The notes under the pieces are model-generated. The model did not search any database, was not told the origin of the DNA, and was given only the letters and a program-made list of their open reading frames with translations. Positions 38,016 through 47,234 of a DNA stretch of 64,000 nucleotides are shown here, piece after piece. Source of the DNA: Gemmatimonadota bacterium (GTDB lineage Bacteria; Gemmatimonadota; Gemmatimonadetes; Gemmatimonadales; GWC2-71-9); NCBI GenBank assembly GCA_039591655.1, contig JBDHDE010000035.1:17247-81246 (forward strand). Direction: 5' to 3'. Numbering within the stretch: the first letter of the stretch is position 1; every line of letters starts with the position of its first letter. A program made the translations under genes and the position numbers.

Positions 38016-39500
38016 ATGAGCAAAACGAAGACGCTCTGGTGTGCGCTGATGCCACTGGCCGTGTTGGGGAACGGGACGCTGGTTGCGACGACCCTGCAAC
38101 AAGACACTCTTGCCGCCCAGGTCGAGCAGCTGCTAGAGAGCGGCGTGGATCCGAATGCGGAGATCCGAAGTGGCACGACGTTGTTGATGTGGGCTGCCTG
38201 GTCGGGCCACCTCGAGGTCGTGGGGCTCCTGCTGGCTCGCGGCGCCGACCCCAATGCGAAGGACCCGACCAGTCTCACTGTTCTGATGGGTGCGGCAGGC
38301 CAGGGGCACGCTGAAGTCGTGCGAATGCTTCTGGACCACGGTGCTGATGTCCATGCCACTGGGCAAGGGGGCATGACTGCGGTACGGCTCGCGGCCGCGA
38401 ATGGCCGGTCCGACGCCATTGACGTGCTGGTGGGCTACGGCGCCGCAACAACGGAGGCCGAGGTCTACCGGGATGTCATGGGACACCAGTTCGTGCTACC
38501 ACACGCGAGGAACGTGGACGCCCGTCCCAACGAGGATGGCGACGTGGTTCTCGGTATCGATCGCGACGGCGGCCTGTTTCTGGACAGCGGTGATGGCGAA
38601 ATGCGGCGAATTCCCAAGGACAGTCTGGACGGTGTGCTGAGCCCGGTGTACGGCGAGCCGGGCAGGGATCGGATCCTGTATTTCGTGACGGATTCGACCG
38701 TCGAGTATGAAGTCATCTGGGAGGTTGTGGAGATCGCAGGCAAAGCCGGGGTCATGGTGCTATCGGCGGTCGCCGAGCAGGAGAGCGAGCCGATCGCGCT
38801 GAACAGGGCTGCGATGGATGTTCAGATTCCGGGGGAAGGGAATGGGCGGTTGTTGGCGCCGCAGGGAGTATCGAGCAACCAGATTGTGCTGCAATTACTC
38901 GAGGACGGGTTGTACGCCCTCAATTCGGAGCCCGTGCTCCTGTCGCAACTCGACGGTCACATCCGCGCGATCTTCGATGCCCGGCCGGCGAAGCTGATGT
39001 TCGTTCAGGTGGCGGGAAACCGTGGATACCAGGATGTGATCACGGCCATGGATATCGCCCGAGGCGCTGGTGTGCAGGTGATCGGCATCGCCCCCCCAGG
39101 CGAGGTGCCGCAAGCGATTCCTCCCGTCGACCTGGGCGAGCGCTTCGACCCACGAGATTACACGGGGGTGGGTGTCGAGAGCGGCGTGATCGGTGACAGC
39201 AGCCGGGTGTTCAAGGATGCCGTTGTAGACGTCCTACCGGAGCTGGTGTCCTGTCCCCCCGTCGAGTATCCCGCCGAGATGCGGCAAGCGGCCGTCGAGG
39301 GAGTAGTCGTTCTCCAGTTCGTGGTGGAGATCGACGGTCACGTGGAATTGGGAATGATCCAAGTCGTTCGGTCGACGCAGGAGGCATTCGAGGCTCCGGC
39401 GAAGAAGATGCTCGCCGGGTGCACGTTCCGGCCTGGAATGGTGCGCCAGACCGCGGTGCGAGTGCTCGTCGAAATGCCTCTCACGTTCACCTTGCAGTAA
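38016..39500 (+). CDS. Ankyrin repeat - ExbD-like x2 - TonB C-terminal fusion protein
   Basis: Ankyrin repeats (GTTLLMWAAWSGHLEVV, GADPNAKD, GADVHA), two ExbD-periplasmic-like segments, and TonB_C (YPAEMRQAAVEGVVVLQFVV...FRPG...VRVLVEMPLTF). Confidence 0.8.
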   Translation: MSKTKTLWCALMPLAVLGNGTLVATTLQQDTLAAQVEQLLESGVDPNAEIRSGTTLLMWAAWSGHLEVVGLLLARGADPNAKDPTSLTVLMGAAGQGHAEVVRMLLDHGADVHATGQGGMTAVRLAAANGRSDAIDVLVGYGAATTEAEVYRDVMGHQFVLPHARNVDARPNEDGDVVLGIDRDGGLFLDSGDGEMRRIPKDSLDGVLSPVYGEPGRDRILYFVTDSTVEYEVIWEVVEIAGKAGVMVLSAVAEQESEPIALNRAAMDVQIPGEGNGRLLAPQGVSSNQIVLQLLEDGLYALNSEPVLLSQLDGHIRAIFDARPAKLMFVQVAGNRGYQDVITAMDIARGAGVQVIGIAPPGEVPQAIPPVDLGERFDPRDYTGVGVESGVIGDSSRVFKDAVVDVLPELVSCPPVEYPAEMRQAAVEGVVVLQFVVEIDGHVELGMIQVVRSTQEAFEAPAKKMLAGCTFRPGMVRQTAVRVLVEMPLTFTLQ

Positions 39501-39630
39501 GCACTCACCATTGTAGGGATCTCATGCTTGGATTGGGAAAGACCCGAGATCGACTGACCGGCGGCGAGCTAGCCGTCGAGCCCGATGCACGGGCTGCAAT
39601 CAGGAGATTTCCTTCGAGCGAGGGCCACCG

Positions 39631-40083
39631 ATGACTACCGAATCAAGCACCCTTTCCGGGGCAGCGCGCGTGATTGCCGGCAGTGTGGCTCTGCTGGGCG
39701 CTCTGGCCATCATTGGCGGGCTCGTGCAGCTCGGCGTCGTGCTACTCAGGACCCTCCGCGATGGCGCCGATCCTCCGACGATGATTTACTTCGGTGCTGG
39801 AGCTGCGGTGAGTCTTCTCGTCGGTGGCTTCTGTATGCACGCGGTGGCGCTGGCGCGCGAGTATCCGTCGGTGTCCTCGTTTCGCCGGCTGTACGGTTCG
39901 TTCGCACTCCTCTTTGGGTTTGCCCTTCGGTTCGGCCTCATCGAACTAGACGAGCGCACCGCTGCGGCGCTATGGCCAGCTCTACCTGACCTTGGTGGAC
40001 TCGTCGGGGGTGTGGTGCTGTACCTGGTCCTGCAGCGCCGACTCATCCCTGCAGGACTCCCGCGCCGTGCGGGCCCGAAGTAG
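39631..40083 (+). CDS. Hypothetical membrane protein
   Basis: About four hydrophobic segments; GAGG RBS. Confidence 0.6.
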   Translation: MTTESSTLSGAARVIAGSVALLGALAIIGGLVQLGVVLLRTLRDGADPPTMIYFGAGAAVSLLVGGFCMHAVALAREYPSVSSFRRLYGSFALLFGFALRFGLIELDERTAAALWPALPDLGGLVGGVVLYLVLQRRLIPAGLPRRAGPK

Positions 40084-40119
40084 GCCATCGCCCAGCACGC
40101 ATCAGGAGCTGACGGGCCC

Positions 40120-40941
40120 ATGAGAACCTGGAAGCCGATCGGATGGCGCGCGATTGTAGTAACGGTTGCCGTTTCAGCCGCTTTCCGCTCCACAGCATAC
40201 ATGCAGACTCCGACCCCCGATCCGCTCGTTGAACGCACCCTGGAGACGATGCAAATCTGGGAAGTACTCGGCGGGATGCACGATCGGTTTGTCGCCGCAC
40301 TCACAGTGCCGGGAACGGCACCGGCGGCGGACTCAACGCGCCGACTTCTGGATCTGGCGGCGCATCACTTCGCCGATAGTGTGCTATATGGGTATGTGGT
40401 CCAGTACTTGATGACAAATCGGGATTCTGCTCTTACCGAGCGGCTTGCTGGATGGCTCTTTTCCGACTGGGCTGAAGCTTTTCGGCGTGAGGCAATGGTG
40501 GTAGACCAATCGGAGTCTCTGAGGGATTTCGTCTTCCGGCTCCGCAGCGATCCGCCATCTCCCCGCCGGCTAGACCTGATCGAACGCTTCACAGAGGCGA
40601 ATCACGCAGACCGCTACTACACGGATCTTGAAGAGGCTGTGCGGTGCGCCGCTCGCCGAGCTGAAGTTGCGGAGTTTGGCATGGAGGCGCGCGTAGATAC
40701 CGTACCGCCGCTCAGCCACGAGGAGGTGGCCGCACAACTTGACGAGGTCTTCACGGTCGCCGCATTGTCCTACCTACAGCGGTTCGAGTCGGTATCCGAT
40801 GACGCGCTTGAGCGCATGGTGCTCGGGTTCGAGTCCGAGTCCGGACAATGGTACGTCCAAACCTGTTCGGCGGCGATCGTCCACGCATTGGAGCGTGCCG
40901 GGAGCGCAATAGCCGGTGAGCTCTTGAGCCCTAATCGCTGA
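40120..40941 (+). CDS. Secreted hypothetical helical protein
   Basis: Signal-like N-terminus; C-terminal FESESGQWY segment reminiscent of DUF2059. Confidence 0.6.
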   Translation: MRTWKPIGWRAIVVTVAVSAAFRSTAYMQTPTPDPLVERTLETMQIWEVLGGMHDRFVAALTVPGTAPAADSTRRLLDLAAHHFADSVLYGYVVQYLMTNRDSALTERLAGWLFSDWAEAFRREAMVVDQSESLRDFVFRLRSDPPSPRRLDLIERFTEANHADRYYTDLEEAVRCAARRAEVAEFGMEARVDTVPPLSHEEVAAQLDEVFTVAALSYLQRFESVSDDALERMVLGFESESGQWYVQTCSAAIVHALERAGSAIAGELLSPNR

Positions 40942-40992
40942 AGGGTGGGGATTGTGCACGTTCAGCAAGGGGGCACTGGGCCCGGAAGAGCG

Positions 40993-41023
40993 GCTTAACC
41001 CGCGCATGCACCTGCGGAGGCGC
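40993..41023 (+). mobile_element. attC-like half site (R''-L'' end)
   Basis: GCTTAACCCGCGCATGCACCTGCGGAGGCGC; 29 of 31 nt match the start of the full site at 42672. Confidence 0.6.
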
Positions 41024-41061
41024 TGACGGCCCGCCCGGCCCCGACCATTGTGGAGGACATC

Positions 41062-41562
41062 ATGAACAGTCTTGCATTTGCTCGACTCGGTCTCGGCCTG
41101 CTCGGGGTATTGGCGGCCGTTCTGGGTGTAGTTGCGTTTCCTGGGCTCGCTGGCACCGCCACGCTCGTGGTGAGAGAGCACGGCATGAGTGTAGGTATTG
41201 TGGCCGTCCTACTCCCTTTCTTGCTCGTTTGGATCGTGTCCTATTATCTCGTCTTCCGCAATCTCACCCTCGCCAGGCTTCTCTCAGCTCCGAACCAGGC
41301 GTCCGACCAGGCCGAGTCCCCGTTGCTGCTGCAGGTTTTGGTGGGCCTTGCTGGCATGCTCATCCTCGCATACTCGCTCCCTGGCGTCACTACGAGCGTG
41401 GGTGTGATCATGACACAGGGTTCGCTGACGCTAGGTCGCGAGGTCTGGACCGTCACCGTTGCGTACATCGCCCAAGCAGGGCTCGGGCTCGCTCTTGTGC
41501 TACGCCCACATATCTTTCTTCAGCTCTGGAGCCGTCGTGACGCTGAGGGCGGCACCGTCTAA
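41062..41562 (+). CDS. Hypothetical membrane protein
   Basis: GGAGG RBS and four TM segments. The stop TAA lies inside GTCTAAC (R''-like). Confidence 0.65.
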   Translation: MNSLAFARLGLGLLGVLAAVLGVVAFPGLAGTATLVVREHGMSVGIVAVLLPFLLVWIVSYYLVFRNLTLARLLSAPNQASDQAESPLLLQVLVGLAGMLILAYSLPGVTTSVGVIMTQGSLTLGREVWTVTVAYIAQAGLGLALVLRPHIFLQLWSRRDAEGGTV

Positions 41563-41778
41563 CGACTTCGGGCCCCGCCCCCCGCACCTCCCAGAACTCC
41601 ACTGCCGATACAAGAGTGCCCATTCGTAGGAGCGGGGTAGCGAGTGTCCCGACCCTCTCACCCTACGTTGCGCCACCGAGTCCCTCGGTTAGATTCGGGG
41701 CTTTGTTTGGCTTGAGTCCCAGTCTGTCGGCCGATCGTACCGAGGGCCCCCTCCCACGGCCTTCCACGTGAGGCTGCG

Positions 41779-41810
41779 GTCGGCCGGTCGCATGCGCAGG
41801 GTCGTTAGGC
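41779..41810 (+). mobile_element. attC-like half site (L'-R' end)
   Basis: ...CGCATGCGCAGGGTCGTTAGGC resembles the end of the 42672-42821 site. Confidence 0.55.
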
Positions 41811-41878
41811 GTCATGCGTTCGGCACGGCCGCCCTGTGGTGCCAGCCACGAGCGCTTCCGTTAACCTAGGAGTTTCCG

Positions 41879-42265
41879 ATGAGTGTGCGAGTTGTCCGCC
41901 TCGGAACCCCGCGGAATCCGGGAGAGGGAACAAGGATCGGAACTGTTCGCCGCCCTCCCCGTGGTGTGCCGAAGGCACTGTTCTCGGCGCAGAACTGGTA
42001 CGACGTCTGGTTCCCGAACCTGGCTCCAAGCGTGGAGACCATGAAGCTCGGGCAAGAGGCCACGTCGCCAGCACAATGGGCGGTGTTCATGAGGAAGTAC
42101 AAGGCCGAAATGGCTGCGCTTGAGGCAAAGCACGACTTGAAACTCCTGGCGGTGCTATCTCACACGACAAACTTCTCTGTGGGTTGCTACTGCGAGCACG
42201 AGAGTCGCTGCCACCGTTCGGTCTTGAAGCAACTTCTCATCGCGAACGGGGCGAAGGTCGAGTAG
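41879..42265 (+). CDS. DUF488 (YeaO-like) family protein
   Basis: Motifs RRPPRGV, DVWFPNLAPS and CYCEHESRCHRSVL. Confidence 0.85.
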   Translation: MSVRVVRLGTPRNPGEGTRIGTVRRPPRGVPKALFSAQNWYDVWFPNLAPSVETMKLGQEATSPAQWAVFMRKYKAEMAALEAKHDLKLLAVLSHTTNFSVGCYCEHESRCHRSVLKQLLIANGAKVE

Positions 42266-42281
42266 TCATGTTTGCGAAACA

Positions 42282-42665
42282 ATGACGACGCTCACCGAGT
42301 CGCAGCTGCGAGATTGGCTCGATGCCTACGGCCGCGCCTGGGAGGGCCGCGACCCTGATGCAGCGGCGGCTCTGTTCACAGAGGACGCGCAGTACTACGA
42401 GACACCGCTCGGTGAGCCAGCGCGGGGGCGCACGGGGGTGCGGACGTACTGGGCAGCCGCCACAGAGAACCAGCGCGACGTCACGTTTACTCATGAGGTC
42501 TTGGCGATCACCGCGAACCGCGGCATTGCTCGCTGGTGGTCCGAGTTCACACGAGTGGCGTCAGGCGCGGCTGTGCGGTTGGATGGTGTCTTCGTCCTCG
42601 AGTTTGGAGAGGATGGCCTCTGTCGTAGCCTACGCGAGTGGTGGCATCGCTCGGAGGGCAACTAG
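42282..42665 (+). CDS. SnoaL/NTF2-like protein
   Basis: Motifs WLDAYGRAWE, LFTEDAQY and CRSLREWW. Confidence 0.85.
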   Translation: MTTLTESQLRDWLDAYGRAWEGRDPDAAAALFTEDAQYYETPLGEPARGRTGVRTYWAAATENQRDVTFTHEVLAITANRGIARWWSEFTRVASGAAVRLDGVFVLEFGEDGLCRSLREWWHRSEGN

Positions 42666-42671
42666 CAAGAC

Positions 42672-42821
42672 GCCTAACCCGCGCATGAACCTGCGGAGGC
42701 GCGATACGTCTCTCAAGAAAGTCGTTGATATGAGCGCCTGGCACCATCCAGGACCAGTCGTTGATCAGACGGCGCGCCAGGCGGAGTGGTCGCCCGCAGG
42801 TGATGCGCAAAGTCGTTAGGT
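42672..42821 (+). mobile_element. Integron attC-like site (complete, 150 bp)
   Basis: R'' GCCTAAC begins 7 bp after a stop codon and R' is GTTAGGT. The inner arms GCGCATGAACCTGCGG and CCGCAGGTGATGCGC are complementary except for one extra base and one mismatch. Confidence 0.75.
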
Positions 42822-42853
42822 GGACAGGTGTAACTCAGGGGAGTGAGTACTGT

Positions 42854-43087
42854 ATGCGTACGCATCTTCTGATCTCAGCGTTCCTCCTCGTGAGCGGATG
42901 CAGCGCGTGCGCCACGGCGACCCCCAAGCAGGACCCGACCCCAGGGGTGGTCTACGTGTGCCACGGCAATAACAACCCGCGCTGGCTGCGGATCTCGGCC
43001 TCTGCGGCCGACGCTCACCGGCGTCACGGCGATCGTGTTTCGGAGGCGCCCCAGCGGGAAAACAGTGCGTGCAGCCAAGAAGGGTGA
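42854..43087 (+). CDS. Small lipoprotein
   Basis: LVSGC lipobox; VYVCH...AHRRHGD motif. Confidence 0.65.
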   Translation: MRTHLLISAFLLVSGCSACATATPKQDPTPGVVYVCHGNNNPRWLRISASAADAHRRHGDRVSEAPQRENSACSQEG

Positions 43088-43123
43088 GGGTTCGACAGCG
43101 GACCTGCTGTCCACCGCGGGCGC

Positions 43124-43337
43124 TGTCACAGTGAGTGTCACAGTGTTGGGAAGCGAACGCCCCACAGCCACTTAAGTGACTGTGGGGCTTTGTGTTACCT
43201 TCCCATGAGCCTTTGGCTCCGGAGGCAATGCCCGGACGCTCACCGGCGCTCGTGGGCGCTCGTTCTGCCCGATTCTCCTGATCTGAACGCTCATAGGCGC
43301 TCATACGCGCTCGTGGGTGTTGTGAGAATGTCTACAA
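43124..43337 (-). repeat. tRNA-Arg(CCG)-derived att-like element, copy B (divergent left arm)
   Basis: Core CCTTTGGCTCCGGAGGCAATG at 43210 with the full CGCTC-repeat arm. The left side has TGTCACA twice (43124, 43136) and hairpin CCCACAGCCAC-TTAA-GTGACTGTGGG. Confidence 0.8.
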
Positions 43338-43418
43338 GCGCGAGCTCTAGCTCGTCGGCTTCCGCTGTGAGTATCGTACTGGGTACGCTTCGTACTTAAT
43401 CGAAGACCAGGAGAGGTC

Positions 43419-44456
43419 ATGAAGATCGCCCAAGTAGCCCCACTCTACGAGAGTGTGCCCCCCAAGTTCTACGGCGGCACGGAGAGGGTGGTCTCCTACC
43501 TCACCGAGGAGTTGGTGCGGCAGGGACACGAGGTGACTCTGTTTGCCAGTGGCGACTCGGTCACCCGGGCCAATCTGGTGCCAGCCTGGCACCGTGCACT
43601 GCGGCTGGACAAGCGCTGCATCGACCACTTTGCCCACCACGTCCTATTGATGGAGAAGGTGTTCCAGGTTGCTTCGGATTTCGACATCATCCACTGGCAC
43701 ATCGACTACTTCCATTTCCCGCTTTCCCGGCGCCATCCCTATCCTCAGCTGACCACCCTTCACGGGCGCCTCGACCTCCCTGACCTGGTGCCCCTGTACA
43801 AGGAGTTCACGGAGATGCCGGTGGTGTCCATCTCCGACGCCCAGCGCACACCGCTGCCCTGGGCCAACTGGCAGGCGACGGTATATCACGGTTACCCCAT
43901 TGATACCTACAGATTCGCCGAATCGCCCGGTGAGTACTTGGCCTTCTTGGGTAGGATCTGTCCGGAGAAGAGGGTGGATACCGCCATCGCTATCGCCAAG
44001 GAGGTGGGCATGCCGCTCAAGATCGCCGCCAAGGTGGACAAGGTGGATGAAGTGTACTTCGCTGACCAGATCAAGCCCCTGCTCGATCATCCCTCGGTGG
44101 ACTATGTGGGGGAGATCGGAGAAGGTGAGAAGAGCGACTTCCTGGGTGGCGCCGCGGCGCTCTTGTTTCCGATCGATTGGCCGGAGCCGTTCGGCCTAGT
44201 GATGATTGAAGCCATGGCGTGCGGCACCCCGGTCATCGCCCGCAACCGGGGGTCGGTTCCGGAGGTGCTGGAGCAAGGGGTGACGGGCTTCATCTGTGAC
44301 GGCGTGGAGGACTCGGTCCTTGCCGTCAAGCGCTTGGACACCCTGAGCCGGAAACGGTGTCGGGAGGTCTTCGAGAGCCGGTTCACCGTCACCCGGATGG
44401 CGGAGGATTACATGAAGCTCTATGAGGAGGCCATCTCTGATCGGAAGCAGCGGTGA
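43419..44456 (+). CDS. Glycosyltransferase family 4
   Basis: Motifs MKIAQVAPLYESVPPKFYGGTERVV and WPEPFGLVMIEAMACGTPV. Confidence 0.92.
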   Translation: MKIAQVAPLYESVPPKFYGGTERVVSYLTEELVRQGHEVTLFASGDSVTRANLVPAWHRALRLDKRCIDHFAHHVLLMEKVFQVASDFDIIHWHIDYFHFPLSRRHPYPQLTTLHGRLDLPDLVPLYKEFTEMPVVSISDAQRTPLPWANWQATVYHGYPIDTYRFAESPGEYLAFLGRICPEKRVDTAIAIAKEVGMPLKIAAKVDKVDEVYFADQIKPLLDHPSVDYVGEIGEGEKSDFLGGAAALLFPIDWPEPFGLVMIEAMACGTPVIARNRGSVPEVLEQGVTGFICDGVEDSVLAVKRLDTLSRKRCREVFESRFTVTRMAEDYMKLYEEAISDRKQR

Positions 44457-44509
44457 CACTCGGATCCCGCCCGCCGGTCGCCTCCCCTCACCAGCCCGCC
44501 ACGGGTATC

Positions 44510-46804
44510 CTATTTCCTGAACACCACCTTCTTTCCCGCGGGAATGTCGCGCATGTGTCCGTAGATCCTGATCGGTAGGCGCTTGCGAGCACTGCGGGCC
44601 AGCAACCGAACCTTGTCGTGCTCGATGGTGATCGCTAGCTCCGCTCCCTGCCAGCGGTATGAGAAGGACAGTTCCTTCCACTCTCTCGGCAAGCGGGGCC
44701 TGATCTGCAGGATACCCTTGCTGGGGTACACTCCTCCGAAGCCGGCGATGGCTGCCTGCCACGCGTTGCCCAAAGAGGCAGCGTGGATGCCCTCCGCGGT
44801 ATTGCCCATGGTGTTCTGCAGATCAATGAAGAGAACATCGCGGAAGAAACTGCTGGCTGCCTCCAGGTCCCCTACGTCAGCCGCTATCATCGCGTGCGTT
44901 CCCACGCTCAAGGAGGACTTGTGCACCGTGCGGGGCTCGTAGAACTGATAGTTGGCCTTCTTCGTGTGGGCGCCGAAGATGCCAGACAACAGCTGCAAGA
45001 GCATCAGTACATCTGCCTGCTTCACCAACTGCGTCTCTCCCACATCCTGCCAGAGGAAATTCTTAGGCAGCTTGGGCAGGCCGTACTCATTGTGGTTGCT
45101 CAGTCGGATCCGTCGCCTCTTGAAGTAGCCGTCGAACTGCTCGATCACCCCATCCTTGCGCACCTTCATGGCTAGGCGGGGCGCGATTCGCTTCCAGCTG
45201 GTGATCTCGCCGCTCTTGAGATCTATGCGCCGGCACAGAGCCGCGAATTCCCGGGGGAACTCCGATTTCATATGGAGAGCCATGCGGCGGGCGACGAGCA
45301 GATTCCACTTGGCCATCATGTTGGTGTAGGCATTGTTGTCTACGTCCTCGTGAAACTCATCGGGTCCGATCACCTTCTTGATCTCATAGGAGTCACTTCG
45401 AGGGTTGTGCTCGACCCGGCTCGCCCAGAAGCGAGCGGTCTTGAACAGCATCTCAAAGCCGCAGGCGAGCATGAAGTCATCGTCGCCGGTGGCCACATAG
45501 TATCGGTGCACGGCATAGGCGATGTCGGCCGTGATGTGGTGCTCCTGCTCATGGGTGTGGATGGGGATGACGGAACCGTTCAGTCCCTTGGCCCAGGAGG
45601 GGGTCTCCTCCTCCCCCGTGCCAGCAGACTCCCAGGGGTACATGGCCCCGCGGTAGCCCCGTGCCGTGGCAATCTGCTCGGCGGCGTTGAGGCGATCATA
45701 CCGATAGAGCAGCATCTCCGCCGCCGCCCACGGGTGGGTGTGGGTATAGAAGGGCAGCAGGAAGATGTCGGAATCCCAAAAGATGTGTCCGCGGTAACCC
45801 TCGCCGCTCAGGGTCTTGGCCCCGATGCTGCCCCGGCTGCCGGGGGCGGGAGCACTGCAGAGGAGGTGGTAGGTGTTGAAGCGCAGGGCCTTCTGCACGT
45901 CGGGGGCGCCTTTGACCGTGATGGCAGCAGGACCCCACAATTTTTGCCAGCCGCGGACGTGATCGCGAGTCAACTGTGGGATGCCGCGACGGACGGCAGC
46001 CTTCAGGTGGGATCTGGCCGATTCACCCAGCCTGGCCGCGCTTAGATCGCCGGAGCTGTGGATCACAAAGACCTTGGCTAGCGATACCGTCTCGCCCTTC
46101 TTGAGACGGATGTGGAAATGGCTGTCCCGTGCCACCCGGCGCTTGCCCCCTTGCTGAATCATCACGGTGGTGGCGAAGGCCACCGAATACCCTCCGTCCA
46201 GACCGGCGATGCGCACGTACTCGGTTCCTCCTTTGTGTGCCACCTCGCGAATCCGCCAGTGCTTCTTCCGCCCCTCTGTCACCGTCCCGGAGTTCCACAC
46301 GGACAGGTCCAGGGCCGCCTCCACAACCAAGTCGGCAGCGCCCTCCGAGGCGGTGAGGTTCACTTGCATCACGCCCAGGTTCCGATCGGCCATACTCAAG
46401 AAGCGCACGGACTCGTAAAGGAACTTCCTCTTTCGCGTGTCGCGATAGGTGGTTTGTCGGAAGAGCAGTCCGTGTTTGAGGTCCAACTCTCGTCGGTGGG
46501 CAGTAAAGTCCATGGCTACAATGCCCAGTTTCTCACCTTTGAGAGCAAACCAGAGACGGAAGGGATTTGGCATGTTCACCAGCTCCGCCACTAGGGAGCC
46601 GGTCCGATCAAAGAACCCGGCGAGGAAGGTCCCAGGCTGGGAATCCTGGGGCAGTTCCTCATAGATACCACGGCTGCCGAGCAGCCCGTTGCCGAGGGTG
46701 AACTGGGCTTCCCTCACCCCTTGCTGGGAGGGATCCCACGACTCTTCGGTGACCACCCATTCCTTGTTCGATGTGTGATAGCGTTCGAAGTGTTTCTGCT
46801 TCAT
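44510..46804 (-). CDS. Glycoside hydrolase family 65 (disaccharide phosphorylase-like)
   Basis: Motifs GNGLLGSRG, GEGYRGHIFWD, YPWES, GPDEFHE, KQADV and HKSSLS. Confidence 0.92.
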   Translation of the reverse strand: MKQKHFERYHTSNKEWVVTEESWDPSQQGVREAQFTLGNGLLGSRGIYEELPQDSQPGTFLAGFFDRTGSLVAELVNMPNPFRLWFALKGEKLGIVAMDFTAHRRELDLKHGLLFRQTTYRDTRKRKFLYESVRFLSMADRNLGVMQVNLTASEGAADLVVEAALDLSVWNSGTVTEGRKKHWRIREVAHKGGTEYVRIAGLDGGYSVAFATTVMIQQGGKRRVARDSHFHIRLKKGETVSLAKVFVIHSSGDLSAARLGESARSHLKAAVRRGIPQLTRDHVRGWQKLWGPAAITVKGAPDVQKALRFNTYHLLCSAPAPGSRGSIGAKTLSGEGYRGHIFWDSDIFLLPFYTHTHPWAAAEMLLYRYDRLNAAEQIATARGYRGAMYPWESAGTGEEETPSWAKGLNGSVIPIHTHEQEHHITADIAYAVHRYYVATGDDDFMLACGFEMLFKTARFWASRVEHNPRSDSYEIKKVIGPDEFHEDVDNNAYTNMMAKWNLLVARRMALHMKSEFPREFAALCRRIDLKSGEITSWKRIAPRLAMKVRKDGVIEQFDGYFKRRRIRLSNHNEYGLPKLPKNFLWQDVGETQLVKQADVLMLLQLLSGIFGAHTKKANYQFYEPRTVHKSSLSVGTHAMIAADVGDLEAASSFFRDVLFIDLQNTMGNTAEGIHAASLGNAWQAAIAGFGGVYPSKGILQIRPRLPREWKELSFSYRWQGAELAITIEHDKVRLLARSARKRLPIRIYGHMRDIPAGKKVVFRK

Positions 46805-46942
46805 CGAATTCCCTTCAGGGTGGTATAGCTGAGCTCTCCCAAGTCACCCATCATCACATCCACCTTAGCGAGGCGCCCCCGTTCTGGGTAGGAGTCGATC
46901 CCCACGCAACACGTGCCGGCACGCTTGACCGCCTGGGAGTCC

Positions 46943-47175
46943 GTGACAATCGTGAAGATGTTGCTGAATCAGGAAACCCCGCCGCGTGTAACTCGCTGCG
47001 GGGTTTTCACTTACACATGCGCCAGACAGGATTCGAACCTGTGACCTTTGGCTCCGGAGGCAATCCCCGCACGCTCACCAGCGCTCGTGGGCGCTCATTC
47101 TGCCCGGTTTTACTGCCTTGAACGCTCGTGGGCTCTCATACACGCTCGTGGGCGTTGTGACAATGGCGGTTACAG
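46943..47175 (-). repeat. tRNA-Arg(CCG)-derived att-like element, copy C (complete)
   Basis: GTGACAAT, a GC hairpin (CCCCGC...GCGGGG), the tRNA 3' half at 47018-47059, CGCTC repeats and TGTGACAAT. Confidence 0.88.
47018..47059 (-). tRNA. 3'-half fragment of tRNA-Arg(CCG), not a complete tRNA (att core)
   Basis: The minus strand reads CTCCGGA GCCAA AGGTC ACAGG TTCGAAT CCTGT CTGGCGC A: anticodon loop, T-arm and acceptor 3' strand. There is no D-arm or 5' acceptor strand. Confidence 0.8.
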
Positions 47176-47234
47176 TCCGTTGAGCTGGGCCGCCGACTCG
47201 CGTTCCCCTTAGCTGGGCTGCATCTTCTTGCGGG

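Noticed and set aside
40089..40119. Further attC half site (GCCCAGCACGCATCAGGAGCTGACGGG)
   Set aside because: It resembles the family but lacks the invariant AAC and has no partner arm, so it is too degenerate to call.
41557..41810. A single 254-bp attC from GTCTAAC to GTTAGGC
   Set aside because: It is longer than typical attC sites and the inner arms do not pair, so it is treated as separate remnants.
47018..47095. Complete tRNA-Arg gene
   Set aside because: There is no D-arm or 5' acceptor strand, and the 5' anticodon stem reads ATTGC instead of TTGGC, so only the 3' half is present.
46771..47121. ORFs containing MRQTGFEPVTFGSGG (also 49486-49713 and 51092-51304) as a repeated small-protein family
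   Set aside because: The peptide is simply the antisense translation of the tRNA 3' half; starts, stops and flanks differ between copies.
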